This document shows, piece by piece, positions 41,900 to 51,569 of a stretch of DNA of 64,000 nucleotides. The stretch's first letter is position 1. Each line of letters begins with the position of its first letter. The position numbers were made by a program, and so were the translations under genes. Source of the stretch: Longimicrobiales bacterium (GTDB lineage Bacteria > Gemmatimonadota > Gemmatimonadetes > Longimicrobiales > Gaopeijiaceae); the NCBI GenBank assembly GCA_041690395.1, contig JAWLHJ010000004.1, forward strand, positions 577,478 to 641,477, read 5' to 3'. A model generated the notes under the pieces. It saw only the letters and a list, made by a program, of their open reading frames with translations. It was not told where the DNA came from and searched no databases.

Positions 41900-42673
41900 T
41901 CACGCACCCGTCCGCCTCATCCAGAACGACGCCCCCCGGAAGTCTCCCTCCGCCACCCCGTCCCCGAACGTCCCCTTCATCGCCTCGGGGTGCTCGTCGG
42001 ACATGAAGTAGGTCGCGAAGACGATCTCCCAGGCGGGGCTGTCGGCGAGCAGCGCGTGCAGCAGGTATTGCTCCGCGTAGCCGCGCTGACGGTAGACGTC
42101 GGGGTAGTCGAAGGGCAGGAAGATGTCGTGGACGTGCACGAGCGTGCCGGCGGGCACGTCCGGCAGCAGGCGGCAGTACAGGTAGGGCCCGTCGCCGCCG
42201 GGCACGACCTCGTGGCTCGAGTCGATCATGAGGAGCGCCCGCTCCGGCACACCGTGCTCGGCCAGCCGGCTTCCCTCCACGGGCAGACGCTCCCACCGGT
42301 CGGCGATCTGGCGGACATCGGACCGCGGCTCGGGGTCGATGACGACCAGCTCCGTGTCGAGCCCGCCGTGCGCGATCGCCTTCCGGGCCACCCGCGTGCT
42401 GAACCCCGACCCGATCTCGATGACGGCCTTGGGCCGCTCCCGGAGGATCATCGCGGCGTACAGCTCCGCGTCCGGGCTCGGGAAGTAGCCGTTGTGGATG
42501 ACGTCGGGACGGCGCGCGCTCCGTGGCCAGCCGGTGTTGATGGCGGGGTCGGCCCGGAGGGCCTGGAAGAGCGACTGGAAGGCGTCGGCGCGGAGCTCGT
42601 CGAGGAGGGCGAGCTGCGGGCCGGTGTCGAGCGTGAGGCCGGCGTGGCCGAAGCGCGGAGGGTCCAAGGTCAT
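41900..42673 (-). CDS. Class I SAM-dependent methyltransferase (Methyltransf_24-like)
   Basis: IEIGSGFST, IDPEPR, IDSSH, HVHDIFLPFDYP, EQYLL. Confidence 0.82.
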   Translation of the reverse strand: MTLDPPRFGHAGLTLDTGPQLALLDELRADAFQSLFQALRADPAINTGWPRSARRPDVIHNGYFPSPDAELYAAMILRERPKAVIEIGSGFSTRVARKAIAHGGLDTELVVIDPEPRSDVRQIADRWERLPVEGSRLAEHGVPERALLMIDSSHEVVPGGDGPYLYCRLLPDVPAGTLVHVHDIFLPFDYPDVYRQRGYAEQYLLHALLADSPAWEIVFATYFMSDEHPEAMKGTFGDGVAEGDFRGASFWMRRTGA

Positions 42674-42683
42674 GGCCGGAGGC

Positions 42684-43997
42684 TCAGCTCTTCACGATCC
42701 ACCCCTTGCCCACGTCCCCCGCCTCGCGCGCCACCGCGTGCCGCCCGTCGACCAGCACGTTGGCCGTCTCGGTGATCCACCGGTAATCGAACGACGAGTG
42801 ATCGGTGAGGATGACGACCGCGTCGGCCTCGGTGAGCGCCTGCTCGGTCAGCTCGATGGACTCCAGCTCGTGCCCCTCCTCGTGGAGCTCGGGCACGTAC
42901 GGGTCGTGGTACGACGTCACCGCGCCGTCGGCCTCGAGGAGGCGTAGGACGTCGAGCGCGGGCGACTCGCGCACGTCGCTGATGTCCTTCTTGTACGCGA
43001 CGCCGATGACCAGGATCTTCGAGCCGTTCACGCTCTTCCGGTTCCGGTTGAGCGCCTCGCGCACCTTGCCCACGACGAAGTGCGGCATCTCGGAGTTGAT
43101 CTCCGACGCGAGCTCGATGAAGCGGGTCTTGTAGTTGAGCGTCCGCATCTTCCACGACAGGTAGTGCGGATCGATGGGGATGCAGTGTCCGCCGAGGCCG
43201 GGGCCGGGGGTGAACTTCATGAACCCGAACGGCTTCGTGGCGGCGGCGTCGATGACCTCCCAGACGTCGACCCCGAGCCGGTCCGCGATGAGCGCGGTCT
43301 CGTTGGCGAGCCCGATGTTCACGGCACGGAAGGTGTTCTCGAGGATCTTCGTCATCTCGGCAGCCTCGGCCGACGAGACGGGCACCACGGTGTCGAGGAA
43401 GCGCTCGTAGAAGCGGGCGCCCGCCGCGGAGCACGCCTTCGTGATGCCGCCCACCACCTTCGGCGTGTTCTTCGTAGTCCACACCTGGTTGCCGGGGTCC
43501 ACGCGCTCCGGGCTGAAGCAGAGCTGGAAGTCCTTGCCGACCTCGAGACCGGATTCCTCGAGCGCGGGCAGCAGCACCTCGCGCGTCGTCCCTGGATAGG
43601 TGGTCGACTCGAGGATGACGAGCTGCCCCTTGCGGAGCGCGGCGGCCACGGCCTTCGACGCCGAGATGATGTACGAGACGTCCGGGTCGCGCGTCTTCGA
43701 GAGCGGGGTGGGCACGCAGATGGAGACCACGTCGCACTCGGCCAGACGGCTCATGTCGGTCGTCGCCTCGAGCAGCCCGGCTTCGGTCAGCTTGGCCACC
43801 TCCTCCGACGGCACGTCCAGGATGTGCGAGCGCCCGGCGTTCACGCCGTCGACGACCTTCTGGTTCACGTCGAAGCCGATGACGCGGATCCCCTCCTCGG
43901 CCGCCTCCACGGTCAGCGGCAGGCCCACGTACCCGAGGCCGATGACGCCGAAGGTCACGTCGGAGTTGGGGGAGGCGCTGGCGGGAGAAGCGGACAT
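42684..43997 (-). CDS. Nucleotide-sugar dehydrogenase (UDP-GlcNAc 6-dehydrogenase, WbpA-like)
   Basis: GLGYVGLPL, CVPTPL, ESTTYPGTT, SPERVDPGN, GLGGHCIPIDP. Confidence 0.9.
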   Translation of the reverse strand: MSASPASASPNSDVTFGVIGLGYVGLPLTVEAAEEGIRVIGFDVNQKVVDGVNAGRSHILDVPSEEVAKLTEAGLLEATTDMSRLAECDVVSICVPTPLSKTRDPDVSYIISASKAVAAALRKGQLVILESTTYPGTTREVLLPALEESGLEVGKDFQLCFSPERVDPGNQVWTTKNTPKVVGGITKACSAAGARFYERFLDTVVPVSSAEAAEMTKILENTFRAVNIGLANETALIADRLGVDVWEVIDAAATKPFGFMKFTPGPGLGGHCIPIDPHYLSWKMRTLNYKTRFIELASEINSEMPHFVVGKVREALNRNRKSVNGSKILVIGVAYKKDISDVRESPALDVLRLLEADGAVTSYHDPYVPELHEEGHELESIELTEQALTEADAVVILTDHSSFDYRWITETANVLVDGRHAVAREAGDVGKGWIVKS

Positions 43998-44158
43998 GGT
44001 TCGGCCTTGGGGGTCGGGGGTCGGTCGTGCGGGCGGGACGTGCTCGGATGAGCCGACAAGGATAAGGGACGGGGACGGGGAGTTCCAGCGTCTCGAAGGA
44101 CCATGGGCGGGTCCCGGCGGCGGTGGGAGCTTGAACGACAGCGCGGACCCACGTTACC

Positions 44159-44170
44159 GTACAATTGTAC
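44159..44170. promoter_or_regulatory. Palindromic putative operator overlapping a -10-like TACAAT
   Basis: GTACAATTGTAC perfect 12-bp palindrome upstream of the PIN/Phd pair. Confidence 0.6.
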
Positions 44171-44197
44171 ATCCCCATGATTCGACCCCTGGATCCC

Positions 44198-44590
44198 ATG
44201 CAGATCACCGTCGACACCAGCGTGGTGATGGCCGTGCTCCTTGGGGAGCCGGCCCGAGGCGCCCTCGTCGACCAGACGCGCGACGCCGAGCTGCTCGCCC
44301 CGCCGACGCTCCCCTGGGAGGTCGGCAACGCCCTCTCGGCGCTCCTCCGGCGGGGCCGCCTCGAATGGACCGAGGCCGCCGCTGTGCTGGCCGGCCTCGA
44401 GGCGATCCCGCTCCGCCTGCCGGAGGTCGATCTCGAGGATGCGGTGGAGCTGGCGAGCCGGTTCGGGATCTACGCATACGACGCGTATGTCATCGTCTGC
44501 GCCCGCCGCTACCGGACGCCCCTTCTCTCCCTCGACCAGGCACAGAACGCGGTCGCCCGCGAAGCCGGCGTGACCGTGATGGAGGTCTGA
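44198..44590 (+). CDS. VapC/PIN toxin
   Basis: VDTSVV, WEVGNAL, IYAYDAY, LLSLD. Confidence 0.88.
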   Translation: MQITVDTSVVMAVLLGEPARGALVDQTRDAELLAPPTLPWEVGNALSALLRRGRLEWTEAAAVLAGLEAIPLRLPEVDLEDAVELASRFGIYAYDAYVIVCARRYRTPLLSLDQAQNAVAREAGVTVMEV

Positions 44591-44593
44591 CCC

Positions 44594-44815
44594 GTGAAGG
44601 TCTACACGTACTCGGAGGCCCGGCGCCTCTTCGCACAGATTCTCGACGAGGCGCGCGACGGCGGCGAGGTCCGCGTGCGCCGTCAGGACGGCACGGAGTT
44701 CGCCATCCGGCCCGTGGTACGTGAGGGGTCGCCCCTGGACGTCCCGGGGGCGGACGCGGGGCTGAGCCGCGAAGAGATCCTGGAGGCGATCAGGGAGTCG
44801 CGGCGGGGGCGGTGA
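44594..44815 (+). CDS. Phd/YefM-family antitoxin
   Basis: VYTYSEARRLFAQILDEA...VRVRRQDG. Confidence 0.82.
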   Translation: MKVYTYSEARRLFAQILDEARDGGEVRVRRQDGTEFAIRPVVREGSPLDVPGADAGLSREEILEAIRESRRGR

Positions 44816-44824
44816 GATCCCCCC

Positions 44825-45832
44825 TCACGCCACCGTCGCGCTCCAAGCCTCGTTCTCCATGTACCACTGCACCGTATCAGCCAGGCCGTCGTCGAAGTCG
44901 CGGGTCGGACGCCAGCCGAGCTCCGACGTGGCCCGCGAGAAGTCGATCGCGTAGCGGCGGTCGTGCCCCGGCCGGTCCTTCACGTACTCGACGAGCGACT
45001 CGGGCTTCCCGAGCACCCGGAGCAGAGTCCGCACGACGGACAGGTTCGTCCGCTCCGCGTCGCCGCCGAAGTTGTAGACCCGGCCCGCCTCGCCCCGCTC
45101 TCCCGCCGCCAGCACCCCCGCGCAGTGGTCCGTCACGTGGATCCAGTCGCGCACGTGGAGCCCGTCTCCGTACACGGGGAGCGGCTCGTCGGTGAGGGCC
45201 CGCGTGATCATGAGCGGGATGAGCTTCTCGGGATGCTGGTACGGACCGTAGTTGTTCGAGCAGCGGGTGATGACGGTGTCGAGCCCGTGCGTGGTGTGAT
45301 ACGCGCTCACCAGATGGTCCGCGGCGGCCTTGGTGGCCGAATACGGCGAGCGCGGGGCGAGGGGGGTGGCTTCGGTGAAGCGCGGGGCGTCGTCCGCGCC
45401 GGCCGCTCCTCCACCGGCCTCCGGGTCACGCCACGGGAGCTCCCCGTACACCTCGTCGGTCGAGACCTGCACGAAGCGCCTCACCCCGTGCGCGAGCGCG
45501 GCCGACAGCAGGACCGCCGTCCCGGTCACGTTGGTGCGCACGAACGGCGTGTCGGCCGCGATCGAGCGGTCGACGTGCGACTCGGCGGCGAAGTTGTAAA
45601 CGACGTCGATGCCCTTCATGACCTCGTCGACGAGCTCGGCGTCGCAGATGTCGCCCTTCACGAAGGTATGGCGCACGTCGTCCTCGACGCCGTCCAGATT
45701 CGCCAACGTCCCGGCGTACGTCAGCTTGTCGAGGTTCACGACCTCGGCCTCGACGCGCTCGGCGAGGAGATGCCGCACGAAATTCGAGCCGATGAACCCG
45801 GCGCCGCCCGTGACGAGGACCTTCACGACCAC
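44825..45832 (-). CDS. rfbB: dTDP-glucose 4,6-dehydratase
   Basis: GGAGFIG, DKLTYAG, AAESHVDRSI, STDEVYG, YSATK, DRPGHDRRYA. Confidence 0.95.
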   Translation of the reverse strand: MVVKVLVTGGAGFIGSNFVRHLLAERVEAEVVNLDKLTYAGTLANLDGVEDDVRHTFVKGDICDAELVDEVMKGIDVVYNFAAESHVDRSIAADTPFVRTNVTGTAVLLSAALAHGVRRFVQVSTDEVYGELPWRDPEAGGGAAGADDAPRFTEATPLAPRSPYSATKAAADHLVSAYHTTHGLDTVITRCSNNYGPYQHPEKLIPLMITRALTDEPLPVYGDGLHVRDWIHVTDHCAGVLAAGERGEAGRVYNFGGDAERTNLSVVRTLLRVLGKPESLVEYVKDRPGHDRRYAIDFSRATSELGWRPTRDFDDGLADTVQWYMENEAWSATVA

Positions 45833-46575
45833 ACCCTGGGCTCGGCGATCACCGGATTGTCCCGGTCATGGGCCACGAGCTCGACGGCCCGGTGCAGCGA
45901 ACGCACCGTGCCCGCGTCCGTCCACCAGCCGGTCACCTCGGCGTGCCGCATGCGCCCCGCACGGATGTAGTGATTGTTCACGTCCGTGATCTCGAGCTCT
46001 CCCCGCGCCGACGGCTCGAGCCCGTCGACGATCCGGAAGACCTCGGCATCGTACATGTAGCACCCGGTGACGGCGAGCCTCGACGGCGGATCGGCCGGCT
46101 TCTCGACGACGCCGGTCACCCGGTCGCCATCGAGGGTAGCGACGCCGAAGCGCTCGGGGTCGTCGACTTCCTTGAGCAGGATCATGGCCCCCGACGGGTC
46201 CTTCCGGAAGCGCGCCACGGCGTCGGCGATGGAGTCCTGGAAGATGTTGTCACCGAGCATGACCACGACCGGCTCGCCGGCGGCGAAGTGCTCGGCCAGC
46301 CCGAGCGCCTCGGCGATACCACCCTCCCCCTCCTGGTAGGCGTACTTGAGCTGCTCGAGCCCGAACTCCCGGCCGTTCCTGAGCAGCCGGAGGAAGTCGC
46401 CCGCGCCGTCGCCGCCGGTCACGATCAGGATGTCGTCGATGCCCGCCGCGACGAGCTGCTGCAGCGGGAAGTAGATCATCGGGCGGTCGTAGACGGGAAG
46501 CAGGTGCTTGTTGGTCACCCGCGTCATCGGGAGTAGCCGTGTCCCGAGGCCGCCCGCCAGGATCACGCCCTTCAT
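45823..46575 (-). CDS. Glucose-1-phosphate thymidylyltransferase-like nucleotidyltransferase (short form)
   Basis: GVILAGGLGTRL, NKHLLPVYD, LGDN, EKP, SARGELEITD, WWTDAGT. Confidence 0.9.
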   Translation of the reverse strand: MKGVILAGGLGTRLLPMTRVTNKHLLPVYDRPMIYFPLQQLVAAGIDDILIVTGGDGAGDFLRLLRNGREFGLEQLKYAYQEGEGGIAEALGLAEHFAAGEPVVVMLGDNIFQDSIADAVARFRKDPSGAMILLKEVDDPERFGVATLDGDRVTGVVEKPADPPSRLAVTGCYMYDAEVFRIVDGLEPSARGELEITDVNNHYIRAGRMRHAEVTGWWTDAGTVRSLHRAVELVAHDRDNPVIAEPRVWS

Positions 46576-46599
46576 ACAGGCGTCGTCCGCCGCATCCGC

Positions 46600-47532
46600 T
46601 CACGCTCCATCGAGTTCTCCTACCTCCGTCAGGTAACGCCTCAAGGCCTCACGCCAGTCCATCCGTGCCCGGCCGAGGATGGCTTCCGTCCCCGCGACGT
46701 CCAGCACCGAATAGGGCGGTCGCGGAGCCGGCGCACCCCACGCCTCGGTGCTCACCGGGTCGAGCGGGGTCGGGACTCCACACAGACGGAAGGCCTCGCG
46801 GGCCAGCTCAAGCCACGTCGCCTCACCCCCGTCGGCCACGTGCCAGACGCCCCGCACGCGGCGGCCCACCAGAGCGAGGAGCCCCTCGGCCGTGTTCCGC
46901 GCCCAGCTCGGCCGGCCCCGCTGATCGTTCACGACCCGGAGGGGCTCGGCCCCGGCGGGCGCGGCCCCGGCGGGCGCGGCCTCACCGGGCGCGGCCCCAT
47001 CGGCCCGCTCCCTCCCCCGCTCGAGCATCGCCGAGACGAAGTTCCGGCCGCCGGCACCATACAGCCAACTCGTGCGGATCACCAGCGCGCCCGGTTGCGA
47101 GGCCAACGCGACCCGCTCGCCCTCGAGCTTCGTGCGTCCGTACACGGACAGGGGCGAGACGGGAGCGTCCGGCGCGTAGGGGGTGCGGGCCTTGCCGTCG
47201 AAGACGTAGTCGGTCGACACGTAGACGAACCGGGCCCCGGCATCCGCGGCGGCCTCCGCCACGTGCCGCGTGGCGCCGACGTTCACGCGGGCCGCGAGGT
47301 CGGGCTCCTCCTCCGCGCGGTCCACGGCCGTGTAAGCCGCGCAATGGACGACGTCGGTGAAGGGCGGATTCGAGCCCCCACTACCCAGCAGCATGCCCCG
47401 CACCGCCTCCCGGTCCGTCACGTCGAGGGCGCTCCGATCCGCCGCGAGCACTTCGTACCCTCGCGCTCCTGCGGCCCGCACCACCTCGGAACCCAACAGT
47501 CCGGCCGCGCCGGTCACCAGCATGGGTGTCAT
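46600..47532 (-). CDS. rfbD: dTDP-4-dehydrorhamnose reductase
   Basis: TGAAGLLG, AAYTAVDRAE, STDYVFDG, YGRTKLEGE, VVNDQ, APRPPYS. Confidence 0.93.
   Translation of the reverse strand: MTPMLVTGAAGLLGSEVVRAAGARGYEVLAADRSALDVTDREAVRGMLLGSGGSNPPFTDVVHCAAYTAVDRAEEEPDLAARVNVGATRHVAEAAADAGARFVYVSTDYVFDGKARTPYAPDAPVSPLSVYGRTKLEGERVALASQPGALVIRTSWLYGAGGRNFVSAMLERGRERADGAAPGEAAPAGAAPAGAEPLRVVNDQRGRPSWARNTAEGLLALVGRRVRGVWHVADGGEATWLELAREAFRLCGVPTPLDPVSTEAWGAPAPRPPYSVLDVAGTEAILGRARMDWREALRRYLTEVGELDGA
46947..47006. repeat. 15-bp tandem repeat, about 4 copies, inside rfbD
   Basis: cggccccggcgggcg twice plus two degenerate copies (GAAPGEAAPAGAAPAGAE). Confidence 0.85.
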
Positions 47533-47537
47533 GAACG

Positions 47538-47575
47538 AAAAAAGGGCCCTCCCGGACTTCTCCGGAAGGGCCCTT
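47538..47575 (-). terminator. Intrinsic terminator after rpmB
   Basis: Minus strand AAGGGCCCTTCCGGA-GAAG-TCCGGGAGGGCCC-TTTTTT. Confidence 0.85.
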
Positions 47576-47605
47576 CCCGCTCCTGCGAGCGAAGCGCGCG
47601 AGCGG

Positions 47606-47818
47606 TCAGGCGCTCGGAACGATCGCAGGCGCCTTCTCGATCTTGCCGGCCGAGATGCACCGCGTGCACACGCGCACCCGGCGCCGCACGCCCTCACGAT
47701 CGACGATCTTCACCGTCTGGAGGTTCGGCAGCCAGCGCCGCTTCGTCTTGTTGTTGGCGTGGCTGACGTTGTTCCCCGTGCTGGGCAACTTGCCACACGT
47801 ATAGCAAACTCGAGCCAT
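47606..47818 (-). CDS. rpmB: 50S ribosomal protein L28
   Basis: [10 protein letters not shown]...[20 protein letters not shown]. Confidence 0.96.
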   Translation of the reverse strand: MARVCYTCGKLPSTGNNVSHANNKTKRRWLPNLQTVKIVDREGVRRRVRVCTRCISAGKIEKAPAIVPSA

Positions 47819-47819
47819 C

Positions 47820-48383
47820 TTACTGGTCCTCGCTGTCCCCGTCGTCCCCGCTACCGTCGTCGGGCACGACGCGAAGCTCGAGGATCTCGATGAAATGTGT
47901 CGCGAACTCGGCTGCGAGCCGGTCGCCCTCGCCGATCGCCTCGGCATCGGTCCAGGCCGTCAGCACCGAGTCGTTCATGGCCAACACCATGCCCGTCACG
48001 TCGACGGACACGCCCGGCTCCACGGTCCCTTCGACCTCGGCCTCGTTACCGACCGAGACGAGGAACGGGTTGCCGTTCGGCATCTCGAGCCAGAAGCCCT
48101 GCGTACCGAGATTGCTCGCCACGGGCAGGCCCTCGAGCCGGATGGCCCGATCCTCGTACCCGGAAGCGTCCATCTGGATGCGCTCGGGATCGATGAGCGG
48201 AGGGCGGTTGCGCTCCTCTTCCTCCGCGGCCGCCACGGAATCCGCGTAAGCCTGGCGCTCGGCCATCTCACGTGAAGCCTGTCCGTTGAGCCAATAGAGG
48301 AACCCACCGATCGTCGCAAACGCGAGGATCATCAGAGGTACGCCGAGATTGCTCGCGCCGCGCCGGGAAGCGTTGTCCGCCAT
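47820..48383 (-). CDS. Hypothetical membrane-anchored acidic protein
   Basis: One N-terminal hydrophobic helix; fills the rplQ-rpmB gap with its stop 1 nt before the rpmB ATG. Confidence 0.75.
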   Translation of the reverse strand: MADNASRRGASNLGVPLMILAFATIGGFLYWLNGQASREMAERQAYADSVAAAEEEERNRPPLIDPERIQMDASGYEDRAIRLEGLPVASNLGTQGFWLEMPNGNPFLVSVGNEAEVEGTVEPGVSVDVTGMVLAMNDSVLTAWTDAEAIGEGDRLAAEFATHFIEILELRVVPDDGSGDDGDSEDQ

Positions 48384-48434
48384 GTACGTCGTCCTGTCTG
48401 ATTGAAGTCGACCGCTTACGAAGAGCGGCACAAA

Positions 48435-48788
48435 CTAATCGACGAGCTCGATGAGCGACATGTCTGCCGCATCGCCCTTACGATTGCCGAGCTTCAGAAT
48501 GCGCGTGTAGCCGCCGGGACGCTCCGTGAAACGGGGAGCGATGTCGTCGAACAGCTTCCCGAGCGCGTTCCGGTCCTGGATCTTCCGCGCGGCCAGCCGG
48601 CGCGAGTGGATGTCGCCGCGCCGCGCCAGCGTGATGAGCCGCTCGGCGTACGGCCGGAGCTCCTTCGCCTTGGCGGTCGTGGTCTCGATCCGCTCGTGCA
48701 GAAAGAGCGACGTGGCCATGTTGCGCAGCGTCGCCTTCCGGTGACTGGGCGTCCGCGACAGCTTCCGTCCCTTCTTACGATGCCGCAC
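48435..48788 (-). CDS. rplQ: 50S ribosomal protein L17
   Basis: [22 protein letters not shown]. Confidence 0.98.
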   Translation of the reverse strand: MRHRKKGRKLSRTPSHRKATLRNMATSLFLHERIETTTAKAKELRPYAERLITLARRGDIHSRRLAARKIQDRNALGKLFDDIAPRFTERPGGYTRILKLGNRKGDAADMSLIELVD

Positions 48789-48790
48789 CG

Positions 48791-49837
48791 TTACTCCTCG
48801 CCACCAGTGGTGGCTTCGGCTTCCTGGTCCACGAAGAAGAGCCGGCCGTCGTCTCCCTCCTCGAGCTGCATTCCGAACCGCAGGCCGTGCTCCTCGAGGA
48901 AGTCCGAGATCTCCTTCAGCGACTTCTTGCCGAAGTTCTCGATCCCGAGCATCTCTTCCTCGGTGCGCTGCACCAGATCACCCAGCGTGCGGATGTTCTC
49001 CTTCTGGAGCGAGTTCCGCGAACGAACCGAGAGCTCCGCGAGGTCGTCGATCGACTTCTCGAAGAGATCCTGGAGCCGATCGGAAACCGGAACCGTGCCC
49101 TCGGGCCCGCCCTCGTCGGGAAGGCCGCCCTCGCCGAAGTACAGCATGTACTCGAAGTGCTTCCGCACGAGCTCGGCCCCGTACTTCACGGCCTGCTCGG
49201 GCGTGACCGACCCATCGGTCTCGATCGTCATGGTGAGACGATCGAAGTCCGTGCGCTGACCGACACGCGTCTCCTCGACGGTGAAGTTCGCGCGGCGAAC
49301 CGGATTGTAGATCGAGTCGATCCGCACCATGTCGACCGGCGCGCCCCGGGGGAGCGTGTGCTGGTCGGAGAGCACGAAGCCCCGTCCCTTGTTCACATGC
49401 AGCTCCACGTGGACGTCACGGTCCTCCTGGAGCGTGAACAGGTGGTGGTCCGCGTCGAACACCGAGGCGCCGGCGGCGTCCTGGATGTCCCCGGCGGTCA
49501 CCGGTCCGGCCTTGCTCACGTTGATCTGGAGCACGGCCTCGTCCACGTCGTCATCGAGCTCGACGACGAGCGACTTCAGGTTCTGAATCACCTGGTGCAC
49601 GTCCTCGACCACGCCCTGGATCGTCTGGTGCTCGTGCACCACGCCCTCGATCCGGAACGCCCACACCGCCGAGCCGCGAAGCGACGACAGCAGAACGCGC
49701 CGAATCGAGTTGCCCAGCGTATGGCCGAAGCCCCGCTCGAGCGGCTCGATGACGAACACCGCGGAGCGCGTGACATCGGGCGAGTCGAGAATCTCGACAC
49801 GCTCCGGAAGCACGAGCCCGGTCAGATCTATCTCCAC
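48791..49837 (-). CDS. rpoA: RNA polymerase alpha subunit
   Basis: [42 protein letters not shown]. Confidence 0.98.
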   Translation of the reverse strand: MEIDLTGLVLPERVEILDSPDVTRSAVFVIEPLERGFGHTLGNSIRRVLLSSLRGSAVWAFRIEGVVHEHQTIQGVVEDVHQVIQNLKSLVVELDDDVDEAVLQINVSKAGPVTAGDIQDAAGASVFDADHHLFTLQEDRDVHVELHVNKGRGFVLSDQHTLPRGAPVDMVRIDSIYNPVRRANFTVEETRVGQRTDFDRLTMTIETDGSVTPEQAVKYGAELVRKHFEYMLYFGEGGLPDEGGPEGTVPVSDRLQDLFEKSIDDLAELSVRSRNSLQKENIRTLGDLVQRTEEEMLGIENFGKKSLKEISDFLEEHGLRFGMQLEEGDDGRLFFVDQEAEATTGGEE

Positions 49838-49897
49838 ATTGTCCTCCTGGTGGACCGTTGACGCCCGGACCCGCTCGGCGGGTCCCCGGCCGTCGTA

Positions 49898-50533
49898 TTA
49901 CTTCGAGTAGAGCTCCACGATGAGCTGCTCCTGGACCGCGAGCGGGATGTCCGCGCGCGTCGGCTGGCGGACCATGCGGCCCACCTTCGCCTTCTCGTCC
50001 AGAGCCAGCCACTCGACGAGCGACGGACGCGTGCGCGCCTCGAGGCTGGCGTCGATCGGAAGCAGGTCCTTCGACTTCGTCTTGACCGAGATCTCGTCTC
50101 CCGACTTCACGTGGAAGCTCGGGATGTCGACGATCCGTCCATTCACCTCGACGTGACGATGGCGGACGAGCTGCCGCGCCGCGGCACGGCTCTGAGCGAA
50201 GCCCATCCGAAACACGATGTTGTCGAGCCGCGTCTCGAGCGCGATCAGCAGGTTCTCACCCGTGACGCCCGGCACGTGGGCCGCACGCTCGAACAGGTTC
50301 CGGAACTGCTGCTCGTGGAGCCCGTACATCCGCTTGACCTTCTGCTTCTCACGGAGCTGCACCGCGTAGTCGGACTGCTTACGGCGCCGCTGCTGGGCGG
50401 GGCCGTGGTGTCCCGGCGGATACGCACGACGGTCCACGGGGCACTTGTCCGTGTAGCACTTCTGCCCTTTCAAGAACAGCTTCTGGCCTTCACGACGGCA
50501 GAGCTTGCAAACGGGGCCGGTATAACGAGACAT
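49898..50533 (-). CDS. rpsD: 30S ribosomal protein S4
   Basis: SRYTGPVCKLCRREG, QLREKQK, LIVELYSK. Confidence 0.98.
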   Translation of the reverse strand: MSRYTGPVCKLCRREGQKLFLKGQKCYTDKCPVDRRAYPPGHHGPAQQRRRKQSDYAVQLREKQKVKRMYGLHEQQFRNLFERAAHVPGVTGENLLIALETRLDNIVFRMGFAQSRAAARQLVRHRHVEVNGRIVDIPSFHVKSGDEISVKTKSKDLLPIDASLEARTRPSLVEWLALDEKAKVGRMVRQPTRADIPLAVQEQLIVELYSK

Positions 50534-50547
50534 AGTCTTCTATTTCC

Positions 50548-50937
50548 TCAGACCCGACGCTTCTTCGGCGGCCGGCACCCATTGTGCGGCAGCGGCGTCA
50601 CGTCTTGAATCGACTTGATGAACAGCCCCGCCGAGGCGAGCGCCTGGATTGCGGACTCACGGCCCGACCCCGGTCCCTGCACCAGGACATCGACCCGCTT
50701 CACCCCCATGCCGGCGGCTTCACGGCCCGCCTGCTCTCCGGCCACGGTAGCGGCGAACGGCGTCGACTTCTTGGAGCCCTTGAAGCCCGCCTTTCCGGCG
50801 GTGGCCCACGTCACGACGTTGCCCTTCGTGTCGGTGATGGTGATGAGCGTGTTGTTGAACGTCGCCTTCACATAGGCGATGCCCTCCGCCTCGACGACTT
50901 TTTTGCTGCGCTTGGGGCGCGCTTTCGGCTGTGCCAC
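50548..50937 (-). CDS. rpsK: 30S ribosomal protein S11
   Basis: [26 protein letters not shown]. Confidence 0.98.
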   Translation of the reverse strand: MAQPKARPKRSKKVVEAEGIAYVKATFNNTLITITDTKGNVVTWATAGKAGFKGSKKSTPFAATVAGEQAGREAAGMGVKRVDVLVQGPGSGRESAIQALASAGLFIKSIQDVTPLPHNGCRPPKKRRV

Positions 50938-50962
50938 GATCTAATCCCTTGTCTGCGGCGGC

Positions 50963-51343
50963 TTACTTCTTCGGAGCCTTCTTCTTACCTGCGATCGCAC
51001 GACGCTTGCCCTTGTGGGTCCGTGCGTTCGTCTTCGTCCGCTGGCCGCGCACCGGAAGCCCACGACGGTGTCGGAGTCCGCGGTAGCAACCGATGTCCAT
51101 GAGACGCTTGATGTTCATGGACTTCTCGGTACGGAGCGCACCCTCGACCTTGAACTTGCTCTCGATCTCGCGTCGAAGACGGTTCACGTCCTCGTCACCG
51201 AGATCCTGAGTGCGAAGGTCGGGACTGATGCCGCACGCCTCGATGATCTGCTTCGCGCGTGCCTGCCCGATCCCGTAGATGTAGGTCAGAGCGATCTCGA
51301 TCCGCTTGCCGCGCGGGAGGTCGACGCCTGCGATACGTGCCAT
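50963..51343 (-). CDS. rpsM: 30S ribosomal protein S13
   Basis: [25 protein letters not shown]. Confidence 0.98.
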   Translation of the reverse strand: MARIAGVDLPRGKRIEIALTYIYGIGQARAKQIIEACGISPDLRTQDLGDEDVNRLRREIESKFKVEGALRTEKSMNIKRLMDIGCYRGLRHRRGLPVRGQRTKTNARTHKGKRRAIAGKKKAPKK

Positions 51344-51387
51344 GGGCTACTCTTGGTTCCTGTCGGAGACGGTCGTCATCGTGACGC

Positions 51388-51504
51388 TCATCCCTGACGC
51401 TGCTTGTGCTTCGGATTTCTGGAGCAGATGATGCGGATCACGCCTTTACGGCGGACCACCTTACAATGCTCGCAGATCGGTTTGACGCTGCTTCGGACCT
51501 TCAC
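51388..51504 (-). CDS. rpmJ: 50S ribosomal protein L36; absent from the ORF track
   Basis: Hand translation [38 protein letters not shown]. Confidence 0.96.
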   Translation of the reverse strand: MKVRSSVKPICEHCKVVRRKGVIRIICSRNPKHKQRQG

Positions 51505-51540
51505 TGGAATTCTCCGCGTCCGTTTGTGGCAGAGCTAGGT

Positions 51541-51569
51541 AGTATAACCCTGGTGAGACAGGCCTTCAA
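51541..51569 (-). promoter_or_regulatory. Internal sigma70-type promoter for the rpmJ-rpsM-rpoA block
   Basis: TTGAAG-17 nt-TATACT. Confidence 0.7.
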
